The position numbers and the translations under genes are program-made. From positions 1 to 59,993 of IMG/VR virus record IMGVR_UViG_3300044630_000957: a stretch of 59,993 bases of DNA. One strand, written 5' to 3'. This DNA comes from a virus. Taxonomy: Duplodnaviria; Caudoviricetes. Every line of letters starts with the position of its first letter. Position 1 is the stretch's first letter. Below the pieces are notes generated by a model. The model searched no databases. It saw only the letters and a program-made list of their open reading frames with translations, and was not told where the DNA came from. This document shows, one piece after another, positions 25,589 to 35,123 of the stretch.

Positions 25589-26503
25589 TTAGATGCCAGC
25601 CGTACCGTATACGCCGCGTGGATCGGTCCAACCGAACGCATAACGCTCGGTAGCCTTGTAGCGCATGCTGTCGGTTTCGAAGTCACCTTCCATGCTCTTC
25701 TCAAGACCACGACGCATAGCGAGCTTCAAACCTTCTGGCGCATCAGTCTGTACCCACCATGCAGTGGTCGAGGTGATACGCGACAGGTTGGCTTGTCCTT
25801 CCGCCAATAAACCCATAGAATTCACAGGGTTAACGTCGTTGTTCGCGGTGCCTGCACGCAGTGCGGACTTCAGCAATACTTCAGCTTGGAACACGTTCGA
25901 AGGACCGGAAACGATCTTCTTAGGTGTCAAGCGGATGCGCTTGCCGTTGTTGTCTACTGCGTTGCGGATCTGGATGAGGATCTGCTCAAGCGAGGTCTGC
26001 GACAAGTTGGCTGCGGTCGTAAGCTGGTTCGAGAACGTACCAGTTGCGATCGGGTGAGACGTGTTGACCAACGATACGCCGTCGCCGCCTGCATACGCGC
26101 TGTTGAAGGCACGGTTCAGGATGTTGGCACCAAGGGTTTCCTTGGTTTCGATCAGCGACTGTGCAAGGTGACGAGCATAGGTCTGACCGATACGGATGTG
26201 ATCGCCATCTTCCACCAGAACCTTTGTCAATGCAAAGGCAAGGCCGTAGACGCGGTACACGTAGCGCTGGATGAACAGCACGCCGCCGGATTGATACGTG
26301 ACAGGCATGCCGTCTGGCAATTCTGGCGCGGCACCAAAGCCGAACAGGACAGGCTCTTCGTGGTAGTTACGGGGAATGCCCTTAAACTCTTTGAAGACCT
26401 GCGCCCACTCATCAGCGCGTTGATCGTAAATTCCGTTGAACTCTTCGTTTAGGATCGGTTCAACGATCGAGCGGAAGTCTGTACTTCTCATTGGGGTAGC
26501 CAT
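25589..26503 (-). CDS. Major capsid protein (HK97 fold, Mu gpT-like family)
   Basis: 304 aa; GFGAAPE..DG..VTY, YGLAFALT...VED and KATERYAFGWTDPRG motifs; AAGGAGG RBS; follows the scaffold region. Confidence 0.88.
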   Translation of the reverse strand: MATPMRSTDFRSIVEPILNEEFNGIYDQRADEWAQVFKEFKGIPRNYHEEPVLFGFGAAPELPDGMPVTYQSGGVLFIQRYVYRVYGLAFALTKVLVEDGDHIRIGQTYARHLAQSLIETKETLGANILNRAFNSAYAGGDGVSLVNTSHPIATGTFSNQLTTAANLSQTSLEQILIQIRNAVDNNGKRIRLTPKKIVSGPSNVFQAEVLLKSALRAGTANNDVNPVNSMGLLAEGQANLSRITSTTAWWVQTDAPEGLKLAMRRGLEKSMEGDFETDSMRYKATERYAFGWTDPRGVYGTAGI

Positions 26504-26517
26504 TGTTCAAGCCCTCC

Positions 26518-27093
26518 TTAGTACGCGGCCTTATCGGCGACGTTTTGATGTTCGCTGATTTGGACCTGAGCGATGACATACGTGTCACCCCAGTTGTTGT
26601 CGGGACCGGGAGTGATCCCGATGAGGCGCATTTGAGCGTTCGCAGCAGCAGTTGAAACGCCCAACATCATCTGGCTGATGCCGACTACAGTCGAGCCAGT
26701 ACCGATGGTGGTGGTGTCATACTGCTTACCAATGTCGGCTACGTTCAGAGCGGCGTCGCTCTGGATTTCATAGACGATGGTTGGGTCGAGCGTAGCGTAA
26801 GCAACGATGTCAGTCGCTGCGAGCGATGCAGTCCACTTGTTGGACACGCGACGGCGACCGTCACTGTCCGTGAACTCAACGCCTTGGAAGGTGCCGATGA
26901 AAGCGGCACCGACAGCGGCAGCCACGAGTGTGCCTTCCGTTTCGCCACCAGATGTTGCTGGCGCGATGCGGACGGGTTGGTTCTGTAGTATGTTAACGGC
27001 GTAGCCTGTCTGGATCGTAAAGGCGGTAGGACGAACCGTGCCGCTTGGCGAATAGACAGGACGTAGGCCGAACGGTTGTGATACCGAAGACAT
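26518..27093 (-). CDS. Minor capsid / decoration protein
   Basis: PFGLRPV N-terminus, G.FQGVEF.D and DP..VYEIQ motifs; directly upstream of the capsid gene. Confidence 0.65.
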   Translation of the reverse strand: MSSVSQPFGLRPVYSPSGTVRPTAFTIQTGYAVNILQNQPVRIAPATSGGETEGTLVAAAVGAAFIGTFQGVEFTDSDGRRRVSNKWTASLAATDIVAYATLDPTIVYEIQSDAALNVADIGKQYDTTTIGTGSTVVGISQMMLGVSTAAANAQMRLIGITPGPDNNWGDTYVIAQVQISEHQNVADKAAY

Positions 27094-27129
27094 AGCCTTA
27101 ATCCTCTTGTTAAATGGATGAAACCGTCA

Positions 27130-27669
27130 TCAGTCGAAAAGACCAATGCGCGGGTTATGCTCACGCATTTCCATCAAACCGTCACCTTCGAACAACGTGC
27201 TGCCTGAACCTTCTGCCTGTTGCCGCATGATCTCTGCGGTTTCGGCCAGCTTGTTCTCCTCACGTAACGGAGCATCGTGGTGAGCTTCCTGCATAAACCT
27301 TTGATACAAGGCTTCGGGCAGCTTAAACGCGATCATCTCGTTGACACCAATCATTCCAGACCATTCGCCTGTCTTGATTGAGGCGAACTCCATGCCCGGC
27401 ACCTCCGACGCTTTTATCGGCTCGTATCCGAGCTGAATGCGACGGTGGATTGGGTCACGAGGGTTCGTCGTCGTGAGCCAGCACATGTGATATCCCGGTA
27501 TATTCGGTAAATCAGGTAGTGCGTCATTAAATAACTGCGCCCGGAACATCTCGAGCCGGTCGTCATCAGTCACTTCGCGATTTTCGGTGACCTGTCGGTC
27601 TTCCATTTCGCGGGACTGCCGTCCAACACCGAGTTCCTTCTTCAAACGCTCATCAGTACTATTTGTCAT
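27130..27669 (-). CDS. Head-module protein of unknown function
   Basis: GGAG RBS; LP.IPGYH.CW...GYEP; 179 aa. Confidence 0.75.
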   Translation of the reverse strand: MTNSTDERLKKELGVGRQSREMEDRQVTENREVTDDDRLEMFRAQLFNDALPDLPNIPGYHMCWLTTTNPRDPIHRRIQLGYEPIKASEVPGMEFASIKTGEWSGMIGVNEMIAFKLPEALYQRFMQEAHHDAPLREENKLAETAEIMRQQAEGSGSTLFEGDGLMEMREHNPRIGLFD

Positions 27670-27687
27670 GTTGTCTCACTCCAGTTT

Positions 27688-28632
27688 TCAGCGAGCCGAA
27701 CTTTTGTCGTAAGCCTGATAAGCCTTGAGCATTTGGTTACGACGCGGAACGTCATCCCAAATACCTGCGTCTATCATAGCTTGCTTCCGTTCGGGTGTCA
27801 CGTATATTTCTTTCTTAGTCGAAACGGGCGCGTGCTCACGCGTCGTTCCGGTCGGGGGTGCCTTACGTTTGCTAGGACTTTGGCGGGTTTCCGCCTCGTC
27901 GTCGCCAATGCGCGCGGCCACGCGGCGGGTCAGCTCGTGCCAGTAGTCGGCGTCCTTGGGGTTGTACCCCTCGGCGGCGAGCTGGTTGTCAATGACCTTC
28001 GTGATGGCGCTGTCCTCGTCACGGCCACTAGGGTCGTACCATGGGTTCGCGTTCATCCATTCCTTTGCGTAATTTACCACGCGCGGGTCAGGGCCGGGGT
28101 TGGCGTGTTGCTGGCGGACCTGCTCCACTTGCTGCTTCTGCTGCCACAGTTGCTGCGCCTCGTACTGCGCCTCGTCGCGCAGACGCATCGCCGTTGCCAC
28201 GTCGTCACCGTTACCGGCCTCGACTGCGCGGGCGATGATGGCCTCGGCCTGCTTCACGTCGGCCTGAGCCTGCGCGATGCGTTGGTCGATGGCGCTTACA
28301 TTGCTGGCAAGCGTGTTGCCCTCGATGGCAGAGACGCGGCGCAACAGCGCATCGTTCTGCTCACGCAACTCGGCAAGCTCGCGATCGGCGTGCTCCTTGG
28401 CGCGTAGCCGCCGCTCACGCTGCTTCTGGCGCTTGACGTTGCTACGGCTCTTGCGGGCGATTTCTTCGTCGCTGTCGTCTTCGCTGTCGCCAAGCCGCTC
28501 ATCATCATCGTCATCATCGTCATCGCTGTCATCGGTGTCAGCTTCTTCCTGTACAGGTTCCTGTACAGGTTCCTCGCCTTCGATGATTACGATATCGTCT
28601 TCGTCATTTTCTGTCAGTTGGTTGTCAGCCAT
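27688..28632 (-). CDS. Scaffolding protein
   Basis: Acidic N-terminus, long coiled coil, W...NPWY motif, basic C-terminus; between portal and capsid genes. Confidence 0.75.
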   Translation of the reverse strand: MADNQLTENDEDDIVIIEGEEPVQEPVQEEADTDDSDDDDDDDDERLGDSEDDSDEEIARKSRSNVKRQKQRERRLRAKEHADRELAELREQNDALLRRVSAIEGNTLASNVSAIDQRIAQAQADVKQAEAIIARAVEAGNGDDVATAMRLRDEAQYEAQQLWQQKQQVEQVRQQHANPGPDPRVVNYAKEWMNANPWYDPSGRDEDSAITKVIDNQLAAEGYNPKDADYWHELTRRVAARIGDDEAETRQSPSKRKAPPTGTTREHAPVSTKKEIYVTPERKQAMIDAGIWDDVPRRNQMLKAYQAYDKSSAR

Positions 28633-28642
28633 TTACATGCTC

Positions 28643-29068
28643 CTAGAGGAATGCCTTGACGGCAAGCGGGTCACCAGTGACCTTGCCCACCAAATCAAGA
28701 TCGTTGAAGATTACGACGATGGCCTCTTCTCCATCATCGGTCTTTACCGACCAACGGTCGCCGCCGTAGCGGGGCACGCGGACGAAGTCTCCGACTTCGC
28801 ACCACGACCCTTCGGGCCAGTGTTCCATTGTGTTGCGGTTCTTGAACGCGAGGCTGCCGATGTCGATGACCTTGGCGACCTGCGTGTTGTAGTGCTCCGT
28901 CTCGCGGACGTCGCCTGTCAGGATGATGCCACCCTTCGTCTTTGTCTTTGGCGTCCGTATCTGGCACAGGACGCGCGAGCCGAATGGCTTCACGCCTGCG
29001 TCACAGGGTGGGAATGCCTCGTCGAGACCGTCGTAACTAAACTCGACGCTGTTTCCATTTATCTGCAT
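28643..29068 (-). CDS. groES: GroES-like co-chaperonin
   Basis: VKPFGSRVL...KTKGGIIL...AKVIDIG...EVGDFV..PRYGG...NDLDLVG matches the Cpn10 pattern. Confidence 0.85.
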   Translation of the reverse strand: MQINGNSVEFSYDGLDEAFPPCDAGVKPFGSRVLCQIRTPKTKTKGGIILTGDVRETEHYNTQVAKVIDIGSLAFKNRNTMEHWPEGSWCEVGDFVRVPRYGGDRWSVKTDDGEEAIVVIFNDLDLVGKVTGDPLAVKAFL

Positions 29069-29076
29069 GTGTGCTC

Positions 29077-29265
29077 CTAAAATTCACGTTTGTCGTCTTC
29101 CGCCACCGTGTTGATCAGGATTTCCTTGGCCCGCTGCAATCCAGCGTACAGGCCAACGGCGCGTCCATAATCAAACTCGGTCTTGCCAGACGGCCTCTCC
29201 AGCGCCTCAACAGCCATTGCTGCCTGTTCTGTCTCAAGGCGTTGGAGGAGGGTTTCTATTCTCAT
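29077..29265 (-). CDS. Small helical protein between portal and GroES
   Basis: 62 aa; DYGRAVG.YAGL; ATGA coupling. Confidence 0.75.
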   Translation of the reverse strand: MRIETLLQRLETEQAAMAVEALERPSGKTEFDYGRAVGLYAGLQRAKEILINTVAEDDKREF

Positions 29266-29396
29266 GCCGGTGTCTTGGGTGACTTAACTGGATGAGGCAT
29301 GATGCCTTGTGCCATTTTCTTGTGCATAGGCATGGTCTTGTCGCTCGCCTTCGGGGTTTTGCCCTTCGGTGTCGCGCTCTTTGCATTGTCGGCCAT
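29262..29396 (-). CDS. Small basic peptide (44 aa), not in the ORF track
   Basis: AAGGA RBS; MADNAKSATPKGKTPKASDKTMPMHKKMAQGIMPHPVKSPKTPA; stop overlaps the next ATG. Confidence 0.7.
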   Translation of the reverse strand: MADNAKSATPKGKTPKASDKTMPMHKKMAQGIMPHPVKSPKTPA

Positions 29397-29406
29397 ATGG
29401 TTTTCC

Positions 29407-31968
29407 TTATGGGTTCGGGTTTATCCCAGTGCCGGTTGACACTGCGATGCGTTCGCCAGACATGATCTCGGCCTGCGCAAGCTGCATAGCCGTTTGGTTG
29501 TCTTGCTGGTTCATGGTCATGCGGGCGTTGAGTTCAGCCGACTTGCGGGCGTCCTCGCGGTCCTGCTTCATCTGCTCAAGCTGCTGCTCGATCTGGAGCT
29601 TCTGCGCCTGAAGCTGCATCTCGGCTTGGCTCTGCATTGCCTCGGCCTGCATCTTCTGGCCCTCGATCTGCATGGCCGTCTGGTCTTTCTGCATTTGCAT
29701 CTGCATCTTCTGGCCGTCGAGCTGCATCTGCGCCTGATCGCGCTGCTGCTGTGCCTGTAGCTTCTGGCCCTCGATGGCGGTGCGCGGATCTTGCGGCGGC
29801 TGCGGTGCGAGTTGCTGCATCATCTGCATGGCCTGCGCGATGACAGGCGGCAGCGATGCGAACACCTCGGTCGCGTCGGTGACCACCGTCTGCGATGCCT
29901 CGGCCAGCATGCGATCGAACGCGCGGCGTGCCTCGTCATCCTTGAGGTTCTTCATGTCCTCGCTGATGTCGATGCCCGACGTGTCCTCGGCCAGCTCAAG
30001 CACCGTTGACGCGTACCACAACGCAAGGTGCTCCTTGATGTGGCCGAGTATCACCGGCAGATAGGCTGGCGCGATGAGCTGGCTTGCGCCGAGCGCGGGG
30101 TTCGTCATGTACGCCAAGTGCGTCTTGAGGTGGGCGATGTGGTCCTGCTCAGGGAAGGCGACGATCGGTCGGCCCATAGTGGCCGCGACGTTCTCGTTAA
30201 CCGCGTTCTGCTGCTTCGGCTCCATCGGCGGGACGAGCAGCTCCTTCGGGTTCGGTACGCGCAGCGTCTCAAGCAGACGCTCCTCGACCTTGCGCAGGTT
30301 GTACAGTTGCGGCAGTGCGGCGGCGCGCTGCGACACCGCCTGAACCTGCGCAAAGCGTTGGCTCTCGCTGAAGATCGCGGGGTCGGACACCGGCACGACG
30401 TCCATCGGGCCTTCGAAGTCTGCGCGCGTGGCCAGCACTTCGCCGACCTCGTGCTTCACGTCGGCGTCGTCCAAATACATCGCGTTGAGGCGGTGCAGGA
30501 TGCGCAGCGTGCGGGCCATAGCGCCGTGCAGACGCGCGTGGATCGACGAGAACACGGTCATGCCCTCTTGGATCAGCGCGAGCGTCGTGCCGACTGGCGC
30601 GTTCGGGTTCTGGTCGGCCAGATTGTCCATCGATGTGCGGACCACGCCCTTGCCTGCGTCGACCACAAAGCCGAGCAGTTGGAACAGGGTCGGCGATGGT
30701 GGGTTGAACGGTATCGGCATGGCCAGCTTGCGGACGTCGTCCACGTTGAGGCCACCCTCGATTTCTTCGACCTGTGTCGGCTGGATGTTCAGCGACTGGC
30801 CGCCACGTGTGCCGCCCTTCAACTTGAGCATCGTCGGCACGTTCTGGATGTGCGCGCTGTCCATCAGTGCGCGCAGAGCGCCAGTTGCGGCGGCGCTCAG
30901 GCCACCAATCATGTGCGGCAAGCCGATTGGGTACGCGCCGCGCCACGGGATGAACGGGAACTCGACGAACCAGTCGAGTGGCTCGCGGCTGTCGTCCTCT
31001 TCGTCCCAGTTGCGGTAAATCGCGAGCACTTTGCTCGATGGCTTGTCGATCGTGATGATGTACGGCGCGTTGCCGTCACCCTCGACGTCGGCGATGACGT
31101 GGCACTCGAACACGGTGCGCAGGCCATCTTCGTTGTAGCTGGTGTCGTTGCGACCCTCGATCTTGTCGTTGGCCACGTCGGCTGCCGAGCGCTCAGGCTC
31201 AAGACCGGCGGGCGTCAGGTCGACGTCGCGGTACATGCCGCTCTCGACGCGCTGCTCGTAGTCGAGCTGCGTCAGGTACTGGACGTGCGTCTTGCGCTGC
31301 GCGGTGTAGAAGTTGGTCGCCGCGAATGGCAGGTACATGTCGTCGATCATGACGGCAAGGAAGCCGGGGCGGTTGCGCGCCTCGTCCCACGACATCTTGA
31401 GGTACTGCGCGCCGCCGAGTGGCACCTGCGTCAGTAGCTGCTCAAGCTCGGAGCGGAACTCTTGGCTCTGCACGGTGAGCTGCCAGTTCATGAGCGACGT
31501 CTTGCGCTTCGCCTTCTGGATCTTCTTCATCGTGACTTCGCCCTCGATCAGATCCTTGGCCGGACCTTGCGGGGGTAGAAGCTCCTTGATGGCGCGTGAT
31601 GCGAAGTCGATGCACGCCTCGGTCATCATCGGGTGGACGACCTTCGATGCGCCGTTGAACTGCGCGCCGCCGGGCGCGTCGTCACCGAGACCGGTGCGGC
31701 GGATGCCCTCTTCGTACTGCTCGTCGCGCTTCTTGCGCGCCTCCTTGTCGCGGCTGATCAGTTCGAGGAACTTCGACGCCAGTGACTTTAGGTCCGGTTC
31801 GGGCATAGTCTCGGCGAGGTTGTCGTAGAAGCTGCTCTCGCCTGCGGCTGGTCCGTTCTCGTCGAGCGTGACGATCGCGCCACCGTCCTCGGTGTCCTCA
31901 ACGTCGGTCACGTCCTCGCCGTCGAACTCAACGACTTCGCCCTCGATGATGTCTTCGTCTTCGATCAT
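29407..31968 (-). CDS. Portal protein (P22-like, long Gln/Met-rich C-terminal helix)
   Basis: 853 aa directly after the large terminase; NAPVGTTLAL motif; barrel-like coiled-coil tail. Confidence 0.88.
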   Translation of the reverse strand: MIEDEDIIEGEVVEFDGEDVTDVEDTEDGGAIVTLDENGPAAGESSFYDNLAETMPEPDLKSLASKFLELISRDKEARKKRDEQYEEGIRRTGLGDDAPGGAQFNGASKVVHPMMTEACIDFASRAIKELLPPQGPAKDLIEGEVTMKKIQKAKRKTSLMNWQLTVQSQEFRSELEQLLTQVPLGGAQYLKMSWDEARNRPGFLAVMIDDMYLPFAATNFYTAQRKTHVQYLTQLDYEQRVESGMYRDVDLTPAGLEPERSAADVANDKIEGRNDTSYNEDGLRTVFECHVIADVEGDGNAPYIITIDKPSSKVLAIYRNWDEEDDSREPLDWFVEFPFIPWRGAYPIGLPHMIGGLSAAATGALRALMDSAHIQNVPTMLKLKGGTRGGQSLNIQPTQVEEIEGGLNVDDVRKLAMPIPFNPPSPTLFQLLGFVVDAGKGVVRTSMDNLADQNPNAPVGTTLALIQEGMTVFSSIHARLHGAMARTLRILHRLNAMYLDDADVKHEVGEVLATRADFEGPMDVVPVSDPAIFSESQRFAQVQAVSQRAAALPQLYNLRKVEERLLETLRVPNPKELLVPPMEPKQQNAVNENVAATMGRPIVAFPEQDHIAHLKTHLAYMTNPALGASQLIAPAYLPVILGHIKEHLALWYASTVLELAEDTSGIDISEDMKNLKDDEARRAFDRMLAEASQTVVTDATEVFASLPPVIAQAMQMMQQLAPQPPQDPRTAIEGQKLQAQQQRDQAQMQLDGQKMQMQMQKDQTAMQIEGQKMQAEAMQSQAEMQLQAQKLQIEQQLEQMKQDREDARKSAELNARMTMNQQDNQTAMQLAQAEIMSGERIAVSTGTGINPNP

Positions 31969-31978
31969 TGCCTAATCC

Positions 31979-33430
31979 TTATTGCCCATACGGGTTCTGT
32001 ATCACCTTCGGCGGTGGTTTGTCCATTTCTTGCTTCTTGTCGACCAGAGAGCCGAGCATGCCCTTGTCCATCATGAGCCGCATCGCCTGCGTCGTGCTGT
32101 CCACGAAGTCGTCGTGCTTGATGCTGCCCTTGCCGCTGAACGAGCAGAGCTGCGCCACCAGCGGGTCGGCCCAGACGCGCGGCTTGCCGGGGAACTTGTC
32201 GCTCTCAGGCAGGAACACCCTGCGCCGTGCGAACACGGGGCTGACCACATGCAGGCGCGCCAGCTTGTCTGCCCGTCCGGGGTTGTAGGCGTGCGCCAGT
32301 ATCCCCTCGCGTTCGAGCATCTGTCTCAAGCTGATGCCGCTCCCCTTGTCCTCGATCAGCAGGATGTCTGGCTTGCGCCCCGACGTCAGCGGCTTCGCGC
32401 TACCGTACATGGGCTTGATCAACGCGACGTCCTGATCGTCGCCATACGCCGTGTTCATTTCCTTCTTCACGCGCTTGATCAGGTCGGGCATGCCGAGCTG
32501 CTCCTGCCAGCAGTCGAGCAGCAGGGCGTAGCCCTTGCCGTCGTGCTGGAACACGCCCCAGACGCTGCACGCCGTGTAGTCGGCGTCGCCGCTCTTCTTG
32601 TCGCGGGTCGCCTCGGTGTACGCGGTGTCGAGTGACATGATGATCCAGTCGAACGCGGGCAGCGGCTTCTTCGCGGGCCAGAGCTTGAGCCAGCTCTTCT
32701 TGATGATAGCGTTCTCGCTTGGGTCCAGCAGCTCCCCGTGGATCTCCTGACGCCCGATGGTTGTACCCTCGTATGCCTCCAAGCTCTCGAAGAACCGATC
32801 GGGCAGGTTGTCGCGGTTGTCGAACGTCGAGCCGGTGATGATGGTGCGGCCCTGCTTCGGGATGATCAGCTTGCGCACCAGCTCGACGGGTCGCGGCGTC
32901 GTCGTCCACAGCACCTGCGGCTTCGCGCCGAGGCGCAGGCCCATCATGGCCATGTCCCACGTCTCTTCGGCGTTCTGCCACGCGGCCAGCTCGTCGCACC
33001 AAATGAACTGGTGCTGCGGCCCGCGCAGACGTGCGGGCTTCTCGCTCGTGAAGCCACGGATTTTCGTGCCGTTCTTCATCTCAAGGAGAAGATCCGTGCT
33101 GTTGTACTTCTTGATTAACCCTTGGGGTATGACGTTGAGCAGGCCGCTCTCGCCCTGAAAGCAGACCTTGTCGACGTCGGCATAGGTTGGCGCGATCACG
33201 GCGCAGTAGGTGTTGCGGTGTAGGGCGGCTTTGGCCCCCAGCCATTCAGCCCCGATGCGGGTCTTGCCGTAACCGCGACCCGCCATGTAGCCGTACTCAC
33301 TGAAGTCGGCGGCGGGGATCTGTTCGGGTCGCGCCATCTTCGCCCAGCGCACCTGCCAGTCGACAAGGAGGCGCGTCTTCGGCGGCATGGCTTCCGCGTC
33401 GGCGGTCTTGAGGTGGACTGCCTCAGCCAT
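31979..33430 (-). CDS. terL: Terminase large subunit
   Basis: Walker A AGRGYGKT, LRGPQ..FIWCDE Walker B, TTTP motif III, nuclease SLDTA and HDDFVDS. Confidence 0.96.
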   Translation of the reverse strand: MAEAVHLKTADAEAMPPKTRLLVDWQVRWAKMARPEQIPAADFSEYGYMAGRGYGKTRIGAEWLGAKAALHRNTYCAVIAPTYADVDKVCFQGESGLLNVIPQGLIKKYNSTDLLLEMKNGTKIRGFTSEKPARLRGPQHQFIWCDELAAWQNAEETWDMAMMGLRLGAKPQVLWTTTPRPVELVRKLIIPKQGRTIITGSTFDNRDNLPDRFFESLEAYEGTTIGRQEIHGELLDPSENAIIKKSWLKLWPAKKPLPAFDWIIMSLDTAYTEATRDKKSGDADYTACSVWGVFQHDGKGYALLLDCWQEQLGMPDLIKRVKKEMNTAYGDDQDVALIKPMYGSAKPLTSGRKPDILLIEDKGSGISLRQMLEREGILAHAYNPGRADKLARLHVVSPVFARRRVFLPESDKFPGKPRVWADPLVAQLCSFSGKGSIKHDDFVDSTTQAMRLMMDKGMLGSLVDKKQEMDKPPPKVIQNPYGQ

Positions 33431-33611
33431 GGTTGCGGTACAGCGTCAGCGTTTCGCGCAGCTCGGCATTGGCTGCGCGGATCTTGTCGTATCGCTCGTT
33501 GGCCAGATGCAGCGCGTGGTTGAGCGCGTACTGCTCGGTCGCGTGGTGCTCGGCTGCCGCCTCAAGTTCGCGGATGCGACGCCACGGGTTAACGAACAGG
33601 CGCGGGATCAT
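33423..33611 (-). CDS. Small coiled-coil protein between terS and terL
   Basis: 62 aa; overlaps both neighbours. Confidence 0.65.
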   Translation of the reverse strand: MIPRLFVNPWRRIRELEAAAEHHATEQYALNHALHLANERYDKIRAANAELRETLTLYRNHG

Positions 33612-34081
33612 TTACTGTTACGCTTCGCGGCCAGTATGGTCTCAGTGAAGAAGGCCGCCAAGGCGTCTGCTTCAGGCGCGTCTTCATCGTCGGTGGTCTT
33701 GTCTTTCGTGTTGCCGTCGCCGTATTTGTTCGGGCTCCACTTGGCCAGCAGCTTGAGGCGGAACTCTGCGCGGTTCTTTGCCCACGCGACGGCGGCGCTG
33801 TCGATGCGCGTCGTGGACGTCTTGCCGTCACCGTCGGTCTGCACGATGCGCTCCGGCTCGGCGTCGATGATGTCGAGTGCGTCGTCGGCGATGACGTCCG
33901 CGCCAACCTCTCTAGCTTCCGCGTATGCGATGCGAAGACCTTCGTCCTCGCGGACCCACTGGCTCCACGCAGTCGGATGAAACTTCAAGTCGCGTGAAAT
34001 CGACGACAACGTCTCGCCGAGGGCGATGCGCGACAGCACCTCTGCGATCAGCTTATCTGTCTTCTTTGCCGGGTAAGGCAT
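33608..34081 (-). CDS. terS: Terminase small subunit (Sf6 gp1-like)
   Basis: HTH RIALGETLSSISR...W..W, YAEARE.GAD.IAD and KLLAKWSPNKYGD motifs. Confidence 0.85.
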   Translation of the reverse strand: MPYPAKKTDKLIAEVLSRIALGETLSSISRDLKFHPTAWSQWVREDEGLRIAYAEAREVGADVIADDALDIIDAEPERIVQTDGDGKTSTTRIDSAAVAWAKNRAEFRLKLLAKWSPNKYGDGNTKDKTTDDEDAPEADALAAFFTETILAAKRNSK

Positions 34082-34129
34082 ATGTCTGCATGCTCCGTTC
34101 GGTTACACAGTGCTACCAGTTATCACCCA

Positions 34130-34158
34130 CAGATAACCGCATTCTCACCCACATGCAA
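34130..34158 (-). promoter_or_regulatory. Candidate late promoter upstream of terS
   Basis: TTGCAT-N17-TATCTG; direct repeat TCACCCACA at 34123 and 34145. Confidence 0.4.
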
Positions 34159-34234
34159 GGGGTAGCTCGACCGAGCTATTCCAAATCACCCAGCCGAGCC
34201 TCCGCCATCAACACCAAACAACACACCATTGTCA

Positions 34235-34478
34235 ATGCAACACGACGTTGCGACGCACCATGCAGCACGACGCATCATGCACCGAGTGCAACTTTCGGAA
34301 CTGGTCAACACACCACAGCAAAAAGCGCAGCGCAACACAGCATCTGCTCGGTGCAGCATTTGCAGCAGGTGGGGTACCCCTAAAGGGGTAACCCCCTTCA
34401 CGCTGCATAAATGCTGCATTTCTCCGAGCTGCACCATTTGCAACATGAGGCTTAATGCTGCAAATGGTGCATGTTGCA
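34235..34478. repeat. Iterated TGCA(A/G/C)CA array with nested inverted repeats; origin or packaging-site candidate
   Basis: Central GGGGTACCCC / TACCCCT-AA-AGGGGTA palindrome; 17-bp inverted repeat 34430-34446 / 34455-34471 with one mismatch. Confidence 0.7.
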
Positions 34479-34507
34479 GGGGTATGAAATTATTTTCATT
34501 ATAGGGC

Positions 34508-34559
34508 TTGCAATGCCTAATTGCATCGTCTAGGTACTGTCTATCAGCAACGAAGGAGA
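34508..34559 (+). promoter_or_regulatory. Early promoter P1 with palindromic operator and conserved leader
   Basis: TTGCAA-N17-TAGGTA; TGCAAT-N5-ATTGCA; leader ATCAGCAACGAAGGAG. Confidence 0.85.
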
Positions 34560-34566
34560 CTACCAA

Positions 34567-34773
34567 ATGACAATGCTTATCGACCTAGACCGCAAGTGCG
34601 CCGCCACACAAAAGTGGGAGAAGGTTTCCACCTTCCGCTACTTCGTTGACGCAGACGCCGTCGCCCGCCTCCTAAGCAAGATGGACGGCACTGCCTACCG
34701 CATCCGCGACAACCGCTGGTCCAACGACGGTGTTGAAGTCACCGTCTTCACCAATGGGGAGGTAGCAGCATGA
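34567..34773 (+). CDS. Early hypothetical protein (68 aa)
   Basis: AAGGAG RBS; first gene after P1. Confidence 0.8.
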   Translation: MTMLIDLDRKCAATQKWEKVSTFRYFVDADAVARLLSKMDGTAYRIRDNRWSNDGVEVTVFTNGEVAA

Positions 34774-35033
34774 TCCGCCCAACCCTCAGCATCAACGGCA
34801 GCAGCGCCCCCGACCTCATCGACCCACGCCGCGAGGCGATGGACCACCTGATGGACGCCATCGAGGCGCTCAAGCTGGTCACGCCTAATGGTCGCGACTA
34901 CATCTGCGACCGCGAGCGGTTCATCGCCGATCGCAACACCCACTTCGACCGACTGGCTGCGCTGCACACGCTGCGCAACGAGCTGCTCGAAGAGGCGCTG
35001 CACGTCCAGCAACAGGGGAGGGTGGCAGCGTGA
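34770..35033 (+). CDS. Early hypothetical protein (87 aa)
   Basis: GGAGG RBS; ATGA coupling. Confidence 0.8.
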   Translation: MIRPTLSINGSSAPDLIDPRREAMDHLMDAIEALKLVTPNGRDYICDRERFIADRNTHFDRLAALHTLRNELLEEALHVQQQGRVAA

Positions 35034-35122
35034 CCCTCTTGCACATCGCATCGACCCTCTTCTTTTTGGCCGTCCTCGCCTTCACCATCATCGCAATCAT
35101 CAAGACACTGCGGGGAGCCTGA
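35030..35122 (+). CDS. Small membrane peptide (30 aa), not in the ORF track
   Basis: GTG start overlapping TGA; MTLLHIASTLFFLAVLAFTIIAIIKTLRGA. Confidence 0.65.
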   Translation: MTLLHIASTLFFLAVLAFTIIAIIKTLRGA

Positions 35123-35123
35123 C

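Noticed and set aside
34235-34478. CRISPR mini-array
   Set aside because: The repeats are short, irregularly spaced and in both orientations, with no constant repeat-spacer period. The DUF2800 nuclease is a replication-module protein, not evidence of a Cas system.
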